Notes under the pieces: generated by a model
Told to the model about the DNA's origin: nothing
The model's database searches: none
The model's input: the letters and a program-made list of their open reading frames with translations, nothing else
Assembly (NCBI GenBank): GCA_965285935.1
Contig: OZ260661.1
Coordinates: 93,248,001-93,312,000, forward strand
Origin: Ophelia neglecta
Lineage: Eukaryota
Length of the DNA: 64,000 nucleotides
Direction: 5' to 3'
Shown here: positions 14,401 to 28,655 of the stretch, in pieces
Layout: each line of letters opens with the position of its first letter
Position numbering within the stretch: the first letter of the stretch is position 1
Translations under genes and position numbers: made by a program

Positions 14401-15088
14401 TGCTGCTCGTCAGTTACCACATTTTGTTTGTTTATTGTGTACCTGTCTCAGTTAGATACATGCTGTTGATGTCAATATAATTGTAATAGTTGTTACTAAT
14501 GTGTTTATACTGAGTTACATGTATTAGTCATGAGAATGACCCTCAACTAGACTTGGGTATGGACTACAGTGAGTTTAAAAAGTCCAAAATAACATTAACC
14601 TGCTTATCAAGAGAGCTATAACTACTTAGATACCACCTACAAGGGAAAGAAATATGAACATTTCTATAGTGCTAACATGGTGTTCTGGTGGATAAAAGTC
14701 ATTAGTCCAATTAATCTCTTAATAAAGTGACACTTTCCCTCCTGTGAAGAAATGGATAGCTTTTCAGATATATTCGCGTAAACTCCCATTTCTAAATTTA
14801 CTAGTTTATTATTTTGAGATATGACATACGGTATCTATATATTTTGAGCACATGTTAATTGTTATTTAACTATAAAACACAGGTGATCTTTATGAGTTCT
14901 AACCCCTGATGTACACCTTGTCTACTGGTGATAGCCAGCGGGCAGGTGATGAAGTGATAAGCTGTGGAGACTGGTCAGATGTGTGGGGGTCAGATGTGTG
15001 TGTTATGGTCAGCAACAGATCCATTCTCTGTGGGGCTGCCTGCTTTCACTGGAGTTTTAGCTGAAAGAATCAATGCATTATGCTTAGA

Positions 15089-15175
15089 CCTTGAAGTGGA
15101 CCCTCCTTTCCCTGGGTAATCCGCTCTGGCCACTAGCTAATAGGGAAGCCATTGAGAGGAGGGTTCATTTCAAGG
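15089..15175. mobile_element. Short palindromic MITE-like element, copy A
   Basis: CCTTGAAGTGGACCCTCCT...AGGAGGGTTCATTTCAAGG inverted repeat, 17/19 matches. Confidence 0.6.
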
Positions 15176-16724
15176 GGCTATGAGTCAGATTTTGATAATC
15201 AGCCTCATAAAATATAATATACTAGTATAGTGCCAACAGGGAAGTGGGCAGCACCACTGAGAATGTTTCTATTGGAGGCTGGGTGAGATTGGGATCACCA
15301 CCACCAGACCTAATCAGGCACCCCTGGCCCTGTCCGTGATAGCCACACCAGCATCCTCCCGGGCACCATTAGCACCCCAAAGTGCTAGGATCCAGTTGCC
15401 TCCCCAGACCAACAACCATTTGAAACAGATTTGGTATGTGTCTGGGAGGTGTGGGTTGAATTATCTTTGATTATCTGGGGTTGTTGCTCAGTGGGGGGCC
15501 TAGAACACCCATACCACGTAACCCCCTCCTGAAAACCCCTGTCCTATTGGGCCCCTACCTGCCTAACACCTCTCATATGATAGCCCATCGTGCTGTGGTT
15601 TCTGCCCTGGGCAGTAACTGGAGCTCTTTGTCATGTGAAGAAGAGTGCCCCCCTGAGCTCTACACAAGTGCCTCAGATCCCAGGCCTAGAGAGAACCGAT
15701 TAGCTCAATTATAAAGCTGACAGCCCTGTCAATGGGGTCAGGGTGAGGCTGACAGCCGACGGGGCATACTACTGCCTCCCTGACAGAATTATCACAATTT
15801 TAGTCCTCAGTGTCACCCTTCAGAGTCACCATGTTCCAATTTGTTGACAGATTTAAGAGTAATTTTCTGATGATTAAGTGGAGTTACAAACCTTTTATTG
15901 TTATTTACTGCTATGTGACATCAAAGTTCTCTCAGATTTAGTTCATGGGCTCTTGTTTTTTCATCCTTTGCTATAGGCCCTGTCTGATGACTGGGCGATG
16001 ACTGCCAATTTATATATTTTAATGAAAAAGCTTATTGATATGTGAGAAGGCAGTTTGTATATTGGCAGGAGAGCCCTTATCTTCTGCTGTAGTTTACCGA
16101 ATTCCCCCAACACACGTAGTAATTTTCATTGTAGCCTGACTTTAACCAAAGTCTGGTGTTCTTCACAAACTGTGTTTTTATATGTTTGTGACTTTCCGAG
16201 CAACAAGGTCCATCTAAAAATTTCAGACAATAATTATTGGCCGCCAGTCCAAACAATTATAAGCAAGATAAAGCTAGATGTCACTATATAGATGGCATGC
16301 TAAGAGGGCCAGTCTAAGTAGATGAGAGATGTTTATTGTGGTCTGCACCGCATGCACATGGCATCCCTCAAAGTTCGGGGATCTGGGATGTGATAGACTA
16401 GACTAAATTTTTTTGAACATTGTGTAGTAAAATGACTTTTTCTACTCATGGTAATTTGGCTTGTAAAATATCTTCACTATAAGTATTTACATTTATACCA
16501 ATACTTTTCAATTCTGCGATGGTTTTCCATACACCATTCAAGGTTTTGTTCATGTACATCCTGTGAGGATTCAGTCCCTATTCTTAGATCTACACCAAGC
16601 TGCTGAGGTTAGTACTCCAATATTTGGACCAGGTTTGGAGAGGAGCTGGCACATGGAACTGATTGTTGGCTTGCTGCTCCTATCAAATCATATCATGTGC
16701 TGATCTCCACCCATGGAGTCCCAG

Positions 16725-16792
16725 CCTAGGGCCCCTACCTGCCTAAGGCCCCTACCTGACTAGGGCCCCTACCTGCCTTGGGCTCCTACCTG
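16725..16792 (+). repeat. 17-bp tandem repeat x4 (CCTAGGGCCCCTACCTG)
   Basis: Four units with 0-2 differences; a lone unit also occurs at about 15549-15565. Confidence 0.9.
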
Positions 16793-19700
16793 CTATCGCC
16801 TACTGACCCTACCAATAACACCACAATCAGCAATCAATCAGAAGGAGAAACCCAAAATGTTGAAAAACTGCCGAAAACCTCCATGCTGTGATTAGAAATT
16901 CTGCTGAAACTGGCTGCACATGACTCAGAAACCTTAAACAGTGTTTTACGACAGTCAGTGACACGGCCATTTTTCAAAACTAAGGTTTGATGGATTTTGC
17001 TGCCTTTCTCAAATCCTGTTTGGCCCCCAAACTGGCCAGCTGCAGGCAGAGCAGGCAGTGAGAGAGTTGATGGGGCAGTCTGTGGGGATTGAAGACTTCA
17101 GCTTGGGGATTGGTCTTCATCCATAACACAATGTGTGCAAAGGACCTGGCAGTCTCTCAGACGGAAACTCTCCGGAAACTCGGTGGCAGGAATATACATG
17201 GGTACTTCATATCTAGGGGTGTAGGGGTGTCATAGCTTGTCAGGGATGTCAAACAAACTAACTAGGTTATCATCAGTTTTCTAAGATAATTATGACTAAC
17301 GAGTAGCTGATTAATTACATACTCCACCCACCTGACTTGTAATTCACAATATCAGGTGTTCATTAATTAAAAGTGACTACCACTTCAGATACTTTTTTAC
17401 AATACATTGTGTTCACCAAAACAACTTTTTTAGGGTGACCTTATAATAGATTTTAACATAAATTATGTCAGAAGCTGTATAAAGGTAGCTATGAGCAATA
17501 TCTGATGACTTGGGTGTAGAGTGTGACTGGACCAATACATGTAACATACCTGTGGCTGCCCCTGATGGGATAGTGAGGTGGTGTTAAGTTGACCCATGGC
17601 CACCCCATTGCAGTGATACCAGTCAGTACCGCCTATCAACCTGACAGAGCTCTCCGGTGGTGATTTCTCCTGCTTGGCTGATCATTCTCCAGCTAGACAC
17701 ACAAGTCACAACCCGTCTTAGCACTCCACCACCTCCCCCTTCTAGTTTATTGCCTGTGGATTTAATTTGACTACTGCCAGTGAAGAATCTAAGTGGAAAT
17801 CTACACATTTGTAGGCTTAAGTTGGGATGAGTTTGTTTTCAGAAATACTGGTGTTGTTTTGGACAGTTGTAAGCTCTCTCTGTTACACGGACACGCTGAC
17901 GGGCACTTCACACAAAGTGGAACTATTAACTCTGGAGCCAGCCATCTAGAAGACAAAGTAAGTTGGACACACGCCCAGCGCCCAGTAAGCTACCCGTCAT
18001 TCTGACTCATTCTTACCTGGATGGAATATTTATGGCCATTTGAAATTCAGGTGACCACTCCGGAGTCTTTGATTACACAGGGTCTTGAATGTGAATGTTA
18101 CATTGATTAGAGAGACACTGACCTGCTGACCAAGTCATTAGATTACCCCTCCACTGCGGTGTAAAGCTCAGAGACCTAGTATTCAGGAAGAGAGATAGAG
18201 AGGTAGTGTGAAGCGATCTTATTGTTGGCTGCAGGGCTGGTAAATTCATGCATCTTAACCTCAGGACCTCGGCCTATTGTCATGAATTGTATGCAACACT
18301 CGCTGCAGCTATCAGAACCATTCACTGTCATATAGTTGCCTGGATGTCTTTTGCACTTCTACAATTGGCTGAATACAAATAGGTACAATTCTAAAATAGT
18401 TCTCTACCTGAGAGGGAGGAGATGGTTGTAATTCCCATCACACAGTCCTAGGAGTAGATACAAACTGCTGTTTTGATTGATTCATCTCTTCTTTATCTTA
18501 ATTTTATGACTGAGCAAGAGTTGGGAAAAATTCTGGATAATTCCTTATCTGCTGCCAAGAATCAGCCAGATTTGAGCCAAACACGAGTGAAGTCGTAGAC
18601 AGTGGATAACATTTAACCCTAGCTCCAGATCGGTAAGTGGATTTTCAAATAGCAGTAATGAACTCTATTTGTGACTTAAAGTGATTGCTTTAGCCTTGTA
18701 CATGTAGCCATCTTCCGTCTGCTCTGACAGGAGGCAGCATGCTTTGATCGATCACCAGATTATTCTCAATGGAGCTTTGATTGTTTTCTGCTTAATTGCC
18801 CAGCTATAACACTTTTCTCTGGGGAGTTTTCTGCCAGCTAGATTTGTTCTGCGGTGATAAAACATTACAAGGAGCCGTTAGAGTGATTTACTTAAAAGGC
18901 TAGTCACCTTTGTCAGGCCAAATCCGCTTCAAAACACGGAGATTTGCCTGCAATGGAGTGGTGTTCTCGTAAAACGTAGCTGGTGAGGAATGCGGGAATG
19001 ATTCTCAAGTTTCTCCCCTCTCTGTGAATTGTCATTAAACATCGGACTGCTTTTGTTCGCAGTCAGTGTCTCTCCACACTTTACACCTGGCGTGCCAAGC
19101 ATTATGCTCTATTGATATTGTTTTACACCTTGTACCAGTTGTATTGTCCTAAAGTGGAATTTGCTGTAGCGCCCCTGGCCTAGGAAGTGTTCTGGGCTAT
19201 CTTGTTACCATGCATTAAAGGTGCACAGGCCAGAGGTGTCTGAACATGCTGGACCGATGATTTTAATTCAGATAATTCAAGCTTAAATGGGTTTTAATAA
19301 GCTAATATTCTGACTCATCAGTCCCAATTATATACCTATACATTCCATGTTTCACCATGTGTCACACCTACGTTTTTCTCAAATGCCTGGATTGTATGGA
19401 AAAATAACATGCATAGAAACTGTACCCTTCAGTTTTCAAAGTGTGCTTTAATATGATCATTTCTCTTTGGAGTTAAATTAGCCTGAGAGAATCTAGAAGT
19501 GTAGATAAAGTACTGCCTTTGTATCAAACATAAAGTGTGCGTAGCACAGAGATGTTTAGATAGGACAATAGCTATAATGACTTGATTTATACTTTATACA
19601 GATGGATGGGTTGGCCCTGAGACCTTGGCTCAGGATCTACCCTGACAACATTCTCATCTTCTAATTGCCTCATTGAGGAGCACTCTATTGCCTTCACAAT

Positions 19701-22700
19701 TGGCTATCTGATGCTTTCTCTACTGAATGTTGATAAGCTATGATTGCTGTTCCATTGAATGTCTTAGAAACCAAGCATCCAACACCCAAAAGACACTAGT
19801 TAGTCAAGAGGCCCAAGTCAGTCCTAAACACCCCTTTCATAGAAACTTTAATGGGTGATAACAGCACAAAGGTTGGCAGACCATAAGTTAGTGTTGTCTG
19901 GTATTTTGATAGATCCTGCCCAGATATCCTGCGAGTTATGGCCCTAGTTTTTGAGTTATTGCGGCCTGTTAATAATGCAGAGCCCTGGCGACTTGGATTT
20001 CACCGTGGGTGTGAGGGGCTGCGGGTCCATTCTGTTAGGTTAGCTATGTAACCACTGATCCTGTGATATAGGATGCTCATTTTTGGGTAATAGGATGTTC
20101 ATGTTAGTGTAATCACTTCAAAATGGTTTAAACCTTGCTATAACAATATACCATATTACCTAGTCTAGCCATTATCCTGACTTCATGACATATGCTGGTA
20201 TCATTTAAATTTCATCCTATGTAGTGTTGACAGTCAAATTATGAAGTAAAAACCACGTAAGCACGTATTATAGACAGTGTATTCTGGCATAAGAGGTTAT
20301 CAACAAAGTGAATTGTCTACTCCTAATCATTTATAAGACTCATGTCAACAGTGGTTTTTGCTATCGTCAAACTGTCTGCCAAACTGTCAGCGCTTGCAAT
20401 ACCTTTTAATGCTTGTGGAAATAGGAGCTGGCGTTAGGGTACAGGGCTCCATAGTGTACGGTAGGTATTAAACGGCTGGCTGCTTTATCAATGAGTCTCG
20501 TTCAGCTGATACAAGTTATAAATGTACCTCAAGTGTTGGGAACTTTCCAGAGAAAGTTGGCAGCAGGGACTTGAACGGTAATTCTTTAACAAAGTATAGG
20601 TGCCAATCATTTATTGCAGGTGGCTTCGATTTTTATGTTATCTTTACAGCACGGTTGTCACAACTTTGTTTTCCGAGACATTTATGCAGCTTCTTTTGCA
20701 GGTAAAACATTGAATATATGTTTACTGTTTTTAATAAAAGATTTGTCAATTTAAGAGTATGGTGTCTGATTGTAGGAGTTGTGGCCCTCTGGGACCAAAC
20801 AACCTTGAGGTCCTCCTTTAAAGTCACCCAGCTGGAGTTCTAGGAAAGTTCCCTGTAATCTCTCCCCATATGGTAAGTGCCCCCAGGGGTGACTCTATCC
20901 ACCAACAAGGACCACACAATGCTTAGTTACTGATGTCACCACCTCCATTTTGTTCCTAGAATGTTGATAACCATGAAAATTACAGCTGGGGGTGCTTTGA
21001 CCTAACTTCAAAGTGCCGACTTTGGAGAGTTTCCTGTTGAGCTGCAATTGTGCTGCAAAGGCATCAAGGGCAGATGCTTTACCCCATCGGCATTTATTGA
21101 CCCCTGGGGCATCAGACTAAACAATTTACAGCTTTATTTTATTAATACCCCATGCCCTTCAATGAGTTGTCCAGGCAATCACTGCCTACCGAGGTGCCGG
21201 CTCCCCACAATTATGCGAGAGTGGGTTTTAATCGTTCACTGCCAGGTGCACTGTTTTTGATTGTCGGTGCTTTCCTGGAGAGTTTAGGTATTTTGGCAGG
21301 GACTTCCCTTCTATAATATTCAGTTGCTTCTCCATAGTTTACCCAGGTGTTATTCTAAGTTGCAGGTTTTGTTTTTATGCCTCAAACTTTCTGGCTGTTT
21401 AACAGGATATCATTGCTAGCCATCAGAGTTAAGCAGGACTTAATACTGCCATCAAATACAGAAATACAGAAAGTTCCAGGGTATCCTCCATGGGTTTTGG
21501 GTTTAGCAGCTGAGATGGCATGATCTCTCAGAGCCATTGCCCAGCATCAAGGTGAGCATGCTTGTTTCTACCTAGTTGTTCTCTGTTTTCTCTGCCAGCC
21601 GTCTGTTTTCTGCGGCATACTTTGCAGGTTTGTCAGTGACATAGCTGCTCCAGGTTCTTGCCCGTCCTGCCGAGTCACCGGGCTGGTAATTAGCGGCAGT
21701 GATGGCTCTACCAGAGCTCCCGGTGAGAGTAGCTACCAGCTAGTTGTTGCCACTATACTCCTGGAGCTGGTTTTGTGTTTGTGATTGCCTCCTGGCAGAG
21801 GTTCCGACACACTACTCAAGGTGTGTCATTCCTGGTATGCTATTTTACCTTCTCATTACCTTGTTAAACATACAGCCCAGCCATTTTTATTGCCAATTTC
21901 AGGACCAGACACAGAGAGACTTAAGACTGCAGTTAGACAGACGTAACCAAATGATGTTTTGCCAAGAGTGAAGGTATATGTGGTTATTTTTAATACTGCT
22001 TTGTGTTCTAACTTACTTTTTACCATCCTTGACAGCCACTATACATACAGGCTGGGAAAGTTATGATAATCATAACAGGTTCGCTAGTTTTGAAAAGTGT
22101 TTGTGGGGGATAAATTTGTCTCTGCAAGTTGCTATGTCAACTTTTATCACAGAAGGAGTGGCCCAACTGTCAGTGACTTGACACTCACCATATTGTAGGA
22201 TGTTCTGAAAGAGTGCCCGAGATCTCTGCTGGAGATAGGAGGAGCCCTGTAATCACATCCACTAGACCATTTGACCTCCCTGACCCCGATTATACCCAGT
22301 ATTGTCAGGGGGAAATGGGAGGCTTTTGTTGGAGAAATGGTGTCTACCTGGGAAAGGTGGTGGTTATCATAAACATCTCCTAGTGATGATTCTTTACTTT
22401 AACTAAGTAGTCAGTTTAAAGAGACTTTTGGTTTGACCTCAATAAATCACCAACATCGCCAAGCTTATGTTTCATCGAAAGGAATCAACATGCGAGTGAA
22501 CTAGGGATAAAACTGGGGCAACAAGCAGTGCTGCCACTTCTGCCATACCTAGGTCTGATGTTGGACATACAGACTGACATTGGGAGAGGTCAGTAAAAGT
22601 CCCCTCGTGATGCAAGGAGGTCCTCCTATTACATGTACACCCACATATATTTGGGTTTAGGAGGACATTTTATGAGTGCAGGGGCAGTACTGATGCCAGT

Positions 22701-23139
22701 CAAGTTAATGATTCTATACTACTGCGGTTAGGTTTTTTGCACCCTGTAGAGATGAGATGGAAGGAAGGCCCCGTGTCTTGTTCAGCCCCTCATCGATGCC
22801 AATGGCCTATTGATTTGCCTAAGAGAAACTGAGCCTGTAGTGTTTGGACTGTTAGGTTATGGGTCCATCTCTTAGTTTACTGGTGGACAAACTTATCTCT
22901 GGCTAGTTTATAGACCAGCGCAGAATGAGGCAATGTTTGGCACCCAGAGTCAGCTAGAAGTAAACTCACTTAGGAGAGTTGGTGTGCCCATCTGCTCTTT
23001 ACCAGGTTATGGAGTTTACAGGGCAAAAAATTATCTACAGTAGACCCAGAAATACATATTAGGATATGAACTAATCAGCCAGTCTGTGAGAGGCTTTTCA
23101 ACTTAAACCACCCCTCAATCTACCCCAGTCTAACTGGAA

Positions 23140-24150
23140 GTTAGTTTCTAGATCTGTCTTCGTCTAACTGCAGGTACTAGATTCAGGGCCGAGTGTGCCA
23201 CAGTCTACCTGGAGCGAGATTCAGGGCTAGAGGGGTCTTGGTCTAACTCGAGGACGTTTCAGGGATAGATCTGTCCTCATCTACCTTGTTACTGTGTAAC
23301 TGTGGGTACCAGTTTCAGGGTAAGATTTAACTGTAGGTACTATATGTTTCAGGGCTAGATCAGCCCCAGTTTTACTGCATGTAGCTTCAGTCTAAATCAG
23401 CCCCTGGTTTAACTGGCAATAGTTTCAGGGCTACTTGTGCATCTTCTTAGTTAACTGTAGAGAGTTTCAGGGCTAGATCTGCCCGAATCTTACAGCCATT
23501 AGTTTCAGGGCTAGATAAGCCCCTGTTCTAAGTGGAGGTAGTTTCAGGGTTAGATCAGCCCCTAGTGGTAGTTTGAGGGCTAGATCAGCCCCTAGAGGTA
23601 GTTTCAGGGCTAGATCAGCTCCTAGCCTAACTGGAGGTAGTTTCAGGGCTAGATCAGCCCCTAGTGGTAGTTTCAGGGCTAGATCAGCCCCTAGAAGTTG
23701 TTTCAGGGCTAGATCAGCCCCTAGCATAACTGGAGGTATTTTCAGGGCTAGATCAGCCCCTAGCCTAACTGGAGGTAGTTTCAGGGCTAGATCAGCCCCT
23801 AGCATAACTGGAGGTAGTTTCAGGGCTAGACCAGCCCCTAGCCTAACTGGAGGTAGTTTCAGGGCTAGATCAGCCCCTAGCATAACTGGAGGTAGTTTCA
23901 GGGCTAGATCAGCCCCTAGCCTAACTGGAGGTAGTTTCAGGGCTAGATCAGCCCCTAGAAGTTGTTTCAGGGCTAGATCAGCCCCTAGCCTAACTGGAGG
24001 TAGTTTCAGGGCTAGATCAGCCCCTAGAGGTAGTTTCAGGGCTGGATCAGCCCCTAGCCTAACTGGAGGTAGTTTCAGGGCTAGATCAGCCCCTAGAAGT
24101 TGTTTCAGGGCTGGATCAGCCCCTGGCCTAACTGGAGGTAGTTTCAGGGA
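23140..24150 (+). repeat. Minisatellite of mixed 39-bp and 30-bp units (GTAGTTTCAGGGCTAGATCAGCCCCTAG[CCTAACTGG]AG)
   Basis: Near-identical units from about 23540 to 24150 and degenerate units back to about 23140; produces the repetitive ORFs on both strands. Confidence 0.95.
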
Positions 24151-27100
24151 TCAAGGCATGGCTATCAGCAATCAGGTACCTGCCTCTAACCTGTACCATG
24201 TGGGAGGAGAACTTGGTTTTCTGATATATACCCTGCCCGAACCTGGTTATAATGAGGCAGCCATTGAGTGTGCCTTTATATAATTATAGTGCCTAGAAAT
24301 GACAGATGTCAGGTAATCCTGTGAGCAAACTGTTCAGGCCAGCTACCTGCCTCATACATCACTCACACTCCCCGATAGAGAACTGCCAATTGGGACAAGC
24401 TGGGCGGAAACTATGTCCCAGCAGGGTGACTCATTTAGGCCTCAGATAATCATTATAACTCACTCAATTTATAGTCTACCTCCATTTATTGCTGGTCTGA
24501 TACATTGACTAACAGTTTCCCATTTTGTAGACCAGAAGTGTCAAGTTGGTTCCTCACCAATAGGTCAGAGGAGTCCTTGCACACTGGCCACAGTCACCGC
24601 TAGCTTACGTTTCCAGCATACATTCTCTGGTTTATTTAGTTAGAGAAGGCCTGAACCTGTTCTGAGGATCGCTAGCAGACATTCTAAATCTTCTTTGTTT
24701 AGCCAAGTCAGACCGTGTTTTCATGGATAGTGCTGGGCGCAACTGATACCCACAGTGTGATGGTCTGCCGTTCACATTCTGGACTTGGCTGCATGCTCAG
24801 GACATGTACTGTTTGCTGACTTAACATAGCTGGAACAGGAAAATAAATTTAGTGATGAAAATATGGCAACCAATTATTATGAAAATGGAGTTTCATTTTC
24901 TTTTTAATGACAGAATAATAAAAGTCTTCATGTAAAAGAAATAGTCAGTGGTAAATAAAAAATATAAAAAAATGGCCATGTACATTTTGTACACAGTACT
25001 GAGGAGTATGAGTAGCTCTGTGTTGTTCATGATTAAGTTATTTAGAAACTTTGCCTAGATACTTAAACTAACTTTTGTAATTACTTAAGAAGTATGGTAG
25101 TATGTTAGAAGGAAACCATGTGCTTCCAAAACTCCCAACTGGGTGTTTAAATGCCAAGTTTCAACCTGCATTGTTTACAGTTGTGTTTAATAAATCAATT
25201 TAATTTGATTAAGTACAAATGCTCATTACAACTTAACTGATTGAGCTGACAGTTTCCAGCCCATTGCCAACCTCAAATTGCCTAAACTACTGATTATTAG
25301 TCGGATTTGTAACTTGGATGACTATAATCCTTGAGTTAAGGAATGATAATGATTAATTAGTTAGGGGTACAAACACAAGTTACTACAGTAATGAGACTTA
25401 TATAATCAGGAAGCAGTTGCTTTAAAAATTTGATATTTGGTGACACTCGTCTGTTCTGGTACGTGTCCAGAGCCACAACGTCAATATTGATAGCACTCTT
25501 CTGCTAATCAGCTTAAAATAATAGATTCTGCAATAAATCTGTGTCACACACAAGAAATAATCTAAATATTGCCTCGGAAACTCGTTTATCGAGGCCTCTA
25601 TGAATTATCGTTGATCAAAAGGATTGGTGTCATTGTATTGGTGATAAATTAAAGCATTTTGATTGATTTCAGCTACTATTGGCTCCCAGGCAAGTCAGGT
25701 ATAATCTGATTTTGTTCAGCTTTGTGAGCCGAGTGTGATAATTGTTGACCTTTTGAGGTTTATGCCCATTAAATTGATCATGATACTATCTACCTGAGAA
25801 ACGTGGCAATAACTCACTTCACAATTATTTCACGATAAAATGGGCCGGAGAGAAATTCACTGATCCAATCACGAACATTGGGGACTTGTCAAAAACAGCA
25901 CAGCCGTAATGAATGGGACAAAATTGAAGCTGATCCATCTTGCCCTGTCAAAGAGTGTTTATGGCATTCAAGTCACGCCTGAATGGTTTCTAGTAATCTG
26001 TATGCATCCATTGCATGTTGTGCCCAGCACTCGGAATGTCCCCCCAGTGTTGAAATTACGATCAGTCATCTGACTTGAAGCAGAAAGTTCATTAGTTTTT
26101 TGGCTTTTTCATATTGTGTCTGAATAGTTTGGTATCTGAAATATCAATCATCATTGTATCAACTGTGGATCGAAGTTTTCAGCAAGTCGCTTTTTTGGCA
26201 CACAATCCTAATTCATTTCAATTCAATTTATGTGCAAAACTGGGTCTGCTATGAATGCACCAGAAAATTGGATTTGTTTGTGAAACTCAGTGGCTTCATA
26301 ATGTTACTCGTTGCCTAACTTATCATAAGTAACTTTAGGTATGGATTATTCAGGAAAACAGTCTTTTTTGAAAGAATTAAGTTATGCAAGGTCCATGCCT
26401 GCCGTTGAGTCCTTTATTTTGGCACGTGCATAGGGCTCTCTAGAAAGCAGGAATTCTTGAATTGGGCAAATGACATTTAAATACTTTTGTTGCCTTGGGG
26501 CTTGGCTTTCTTTCACCCTTGGAAAGACAACATAAACAGAATAAAAGAGAGCATCGATTCTCAGCTCATAAATAAACATGTTATGGCCAGGTAGTTTTTA
26601 CCTTCTGTCAGTTTCTTTCATGAACAATGTTAGCATAATTCTCTGTGAACATGTCAGGACTCCCCACAGTTTTTTTTCTTCCTCTTGTTGACAGTAATGC
26701 CAATGGAAATTCTTGTATTTCACCGTTTTTTGACGACTGTTATATACAGATAGTGGTTATCAATATGGCCGACTATAGATCTTCTTAATATTTATGGTCA
26801 CGATACCTTCTGCCAGAAGAAAAATGGCAACCATTAGCGACTGAATGACTAGGCCTCCATCCGGTTGACATCAAGAAAAAACGGTTTTAAACAACCTTGG
26901 GGTAAAAAGCAACATTTATCTTAGTCTAAGGCAAGAAAAAGCTGCCTGTAAGAGGAAAGTGGAGGGGCTGGCACCAACTTGTTCAGTTTAAATGGTTTTC
27001 TTGTGTTTTTCGTCCCTTTTGTTTAGGATGCTAACAACGGTTTTTAATTTGTAACCTTAGACTGTCTGATTTGGCAGTGCTTTCACTCTTTCTCTGTTGA

Positions 27101-28591
27101 TACGTTTTGCTTTTAAGGAACATGGCTTGTTGTATATTTTACCTTTTTTTATAGAAACTTAGCTGTTGAAATTGTTTATTTTATATTTTTAAGTTCTGCA
27201 AGGTTAAACACTGAAATGACCTTTGAATAGATCAGGACAAAAATGTTCACATTAAAGGAGCAATCTATCAGTTCAATTTCATTGTATGAAGTTCCTACTA
27301 CTTTGTTGTGTTGTTTTATTGGGCTGACAACTTGTCCTAGGACACATATTAATGTACCCTCTCATTATTCCATTGGCTGTCAAATTAGGCTGGCATCCAC
27401 CAACCAAAGATGTAAGTGGTACTGGGGCCAGTGGGCCAGTCTGTCTCCATCAGTAGTTGACATGATCTGTAATAAAGCTAGGAGTTTGCAGACCATGGCA
27501 GACGCCTTTTGGCTTATTGTACACCTAGCTGGCATTACCTCCGCCCCCCCCCCCCCTGGACAATGTGTAACTCATTACCATGGTGACAACCTTGATGCCT
27601 CTGAGAGCTATGTCTGCTACATTAGGTAGACTTATATTTGTTCATTGAAGCTCCTCGGGTGACGAGCTGTCGACTCTGTATTTCAGAGCAAACCTCTAGC
27701 CATTAGCTGTACAATCAAAGTTTTACCAATTTTAATGAACCAACAGACAGTTGATGTCATGAACATTGAAAATTAATGTACATCGTCAAAAGTCATAAAA
27801 GTTCAGAACTGGGTGAAGAAGTAGTATACCAAAATGTCATGATGCTGAAGGGGAATACATTTTTTGTTCCATTCTGAAAGAAACTGTAAATGGTTGCACA
27901 AAATATCTAGTTTATTATTTCTGAGGCACATATCATGTATGTGTAAGAGGACTGGTGGTAAATGTTATATTGATATGCAAACAAATAGAAATGGATTCAT
28001 CCCCCCCCCCCCCCCACTCCCCCACTTCTGCCCTCTAGTAGTACAAGTGATCTGCCCATGCTGGTGATCTGTCCATGCTCATGGTGCTATTCAGGTGCAT
28101 GATTTACGACTTGTGGCAATTTACACCTTTACACAAGTACTTTCCTGTGAAGTCAAAATTAAATTGTCATTAAGGACTATAAACCTGATTTATAAGGCAG
28201 CCATGTTGACACTCTCAGAGGTGTGCACTTACCGACCTTTGAACCTTATTACAATAGAAACCGTTCTCTGTTGAAATCGATTTACCAACATTTATTATGT
28301 CAAAACAAGGTCTTAAATAAGAAAAAAAAATATTATGGTTTCATTTAAAGTGTTACATTATATTTACATGTGATGAATGTTGAAGTACAAAGGCTAAGCT
28401 ATATTATGGGAGCTATTGTCATTTAAATAGAAAAGCTCAGCCCCCTTAATACCAAAGGAAGATATTTATATAAGACACAATGTTATTGGGTAGCTCTGGC
28501 CTTGTAGAGCCTTTCTAGGTGGTGCTGCACACTTCCTGTATTCACTTGTTACTTAAGATTATGTTGTGGATGAAAATCTCTCTCGAGTCCT

Positions 28592-28655
28592 TTGAAGAGG
28601 GCCCCCACTCCAAGGGTTGCTCTCTGTGGAGGGGGGAGGGGGGAGTCAACTTCAA
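28592..28655. mobile_element. Short palindromic MITE-like element, degenerate copy B
   Basis: TTGAAG...CTTCAA ends; internal CTCCAAGGGTTG is the reverse complement of CAACCCTTGGAG in copy C. Confidence 0.45.

Noticed and set aside
20870-20878. ATG|GTAAGT
   Set aside because: Phase 0; joined to exon 3 it gives ATG AAA GAT CTG TCG TAA; no other support.
23540-24150. CRISPR-like appearance (palindromic repeats at regular spacing)
   Set aside because: The intervening sequences are themselves repeated rather than unique spacers, there are no cas genes, and the context is a eukaryotic intron.
23473-24283. 236-aa (+) and 136-aa (-) repetitive ORFs
   Set aside because: By-products of a minisatellite with unit lengths divisible by 3; non-ATG or repeat-internal starts and no splice support.
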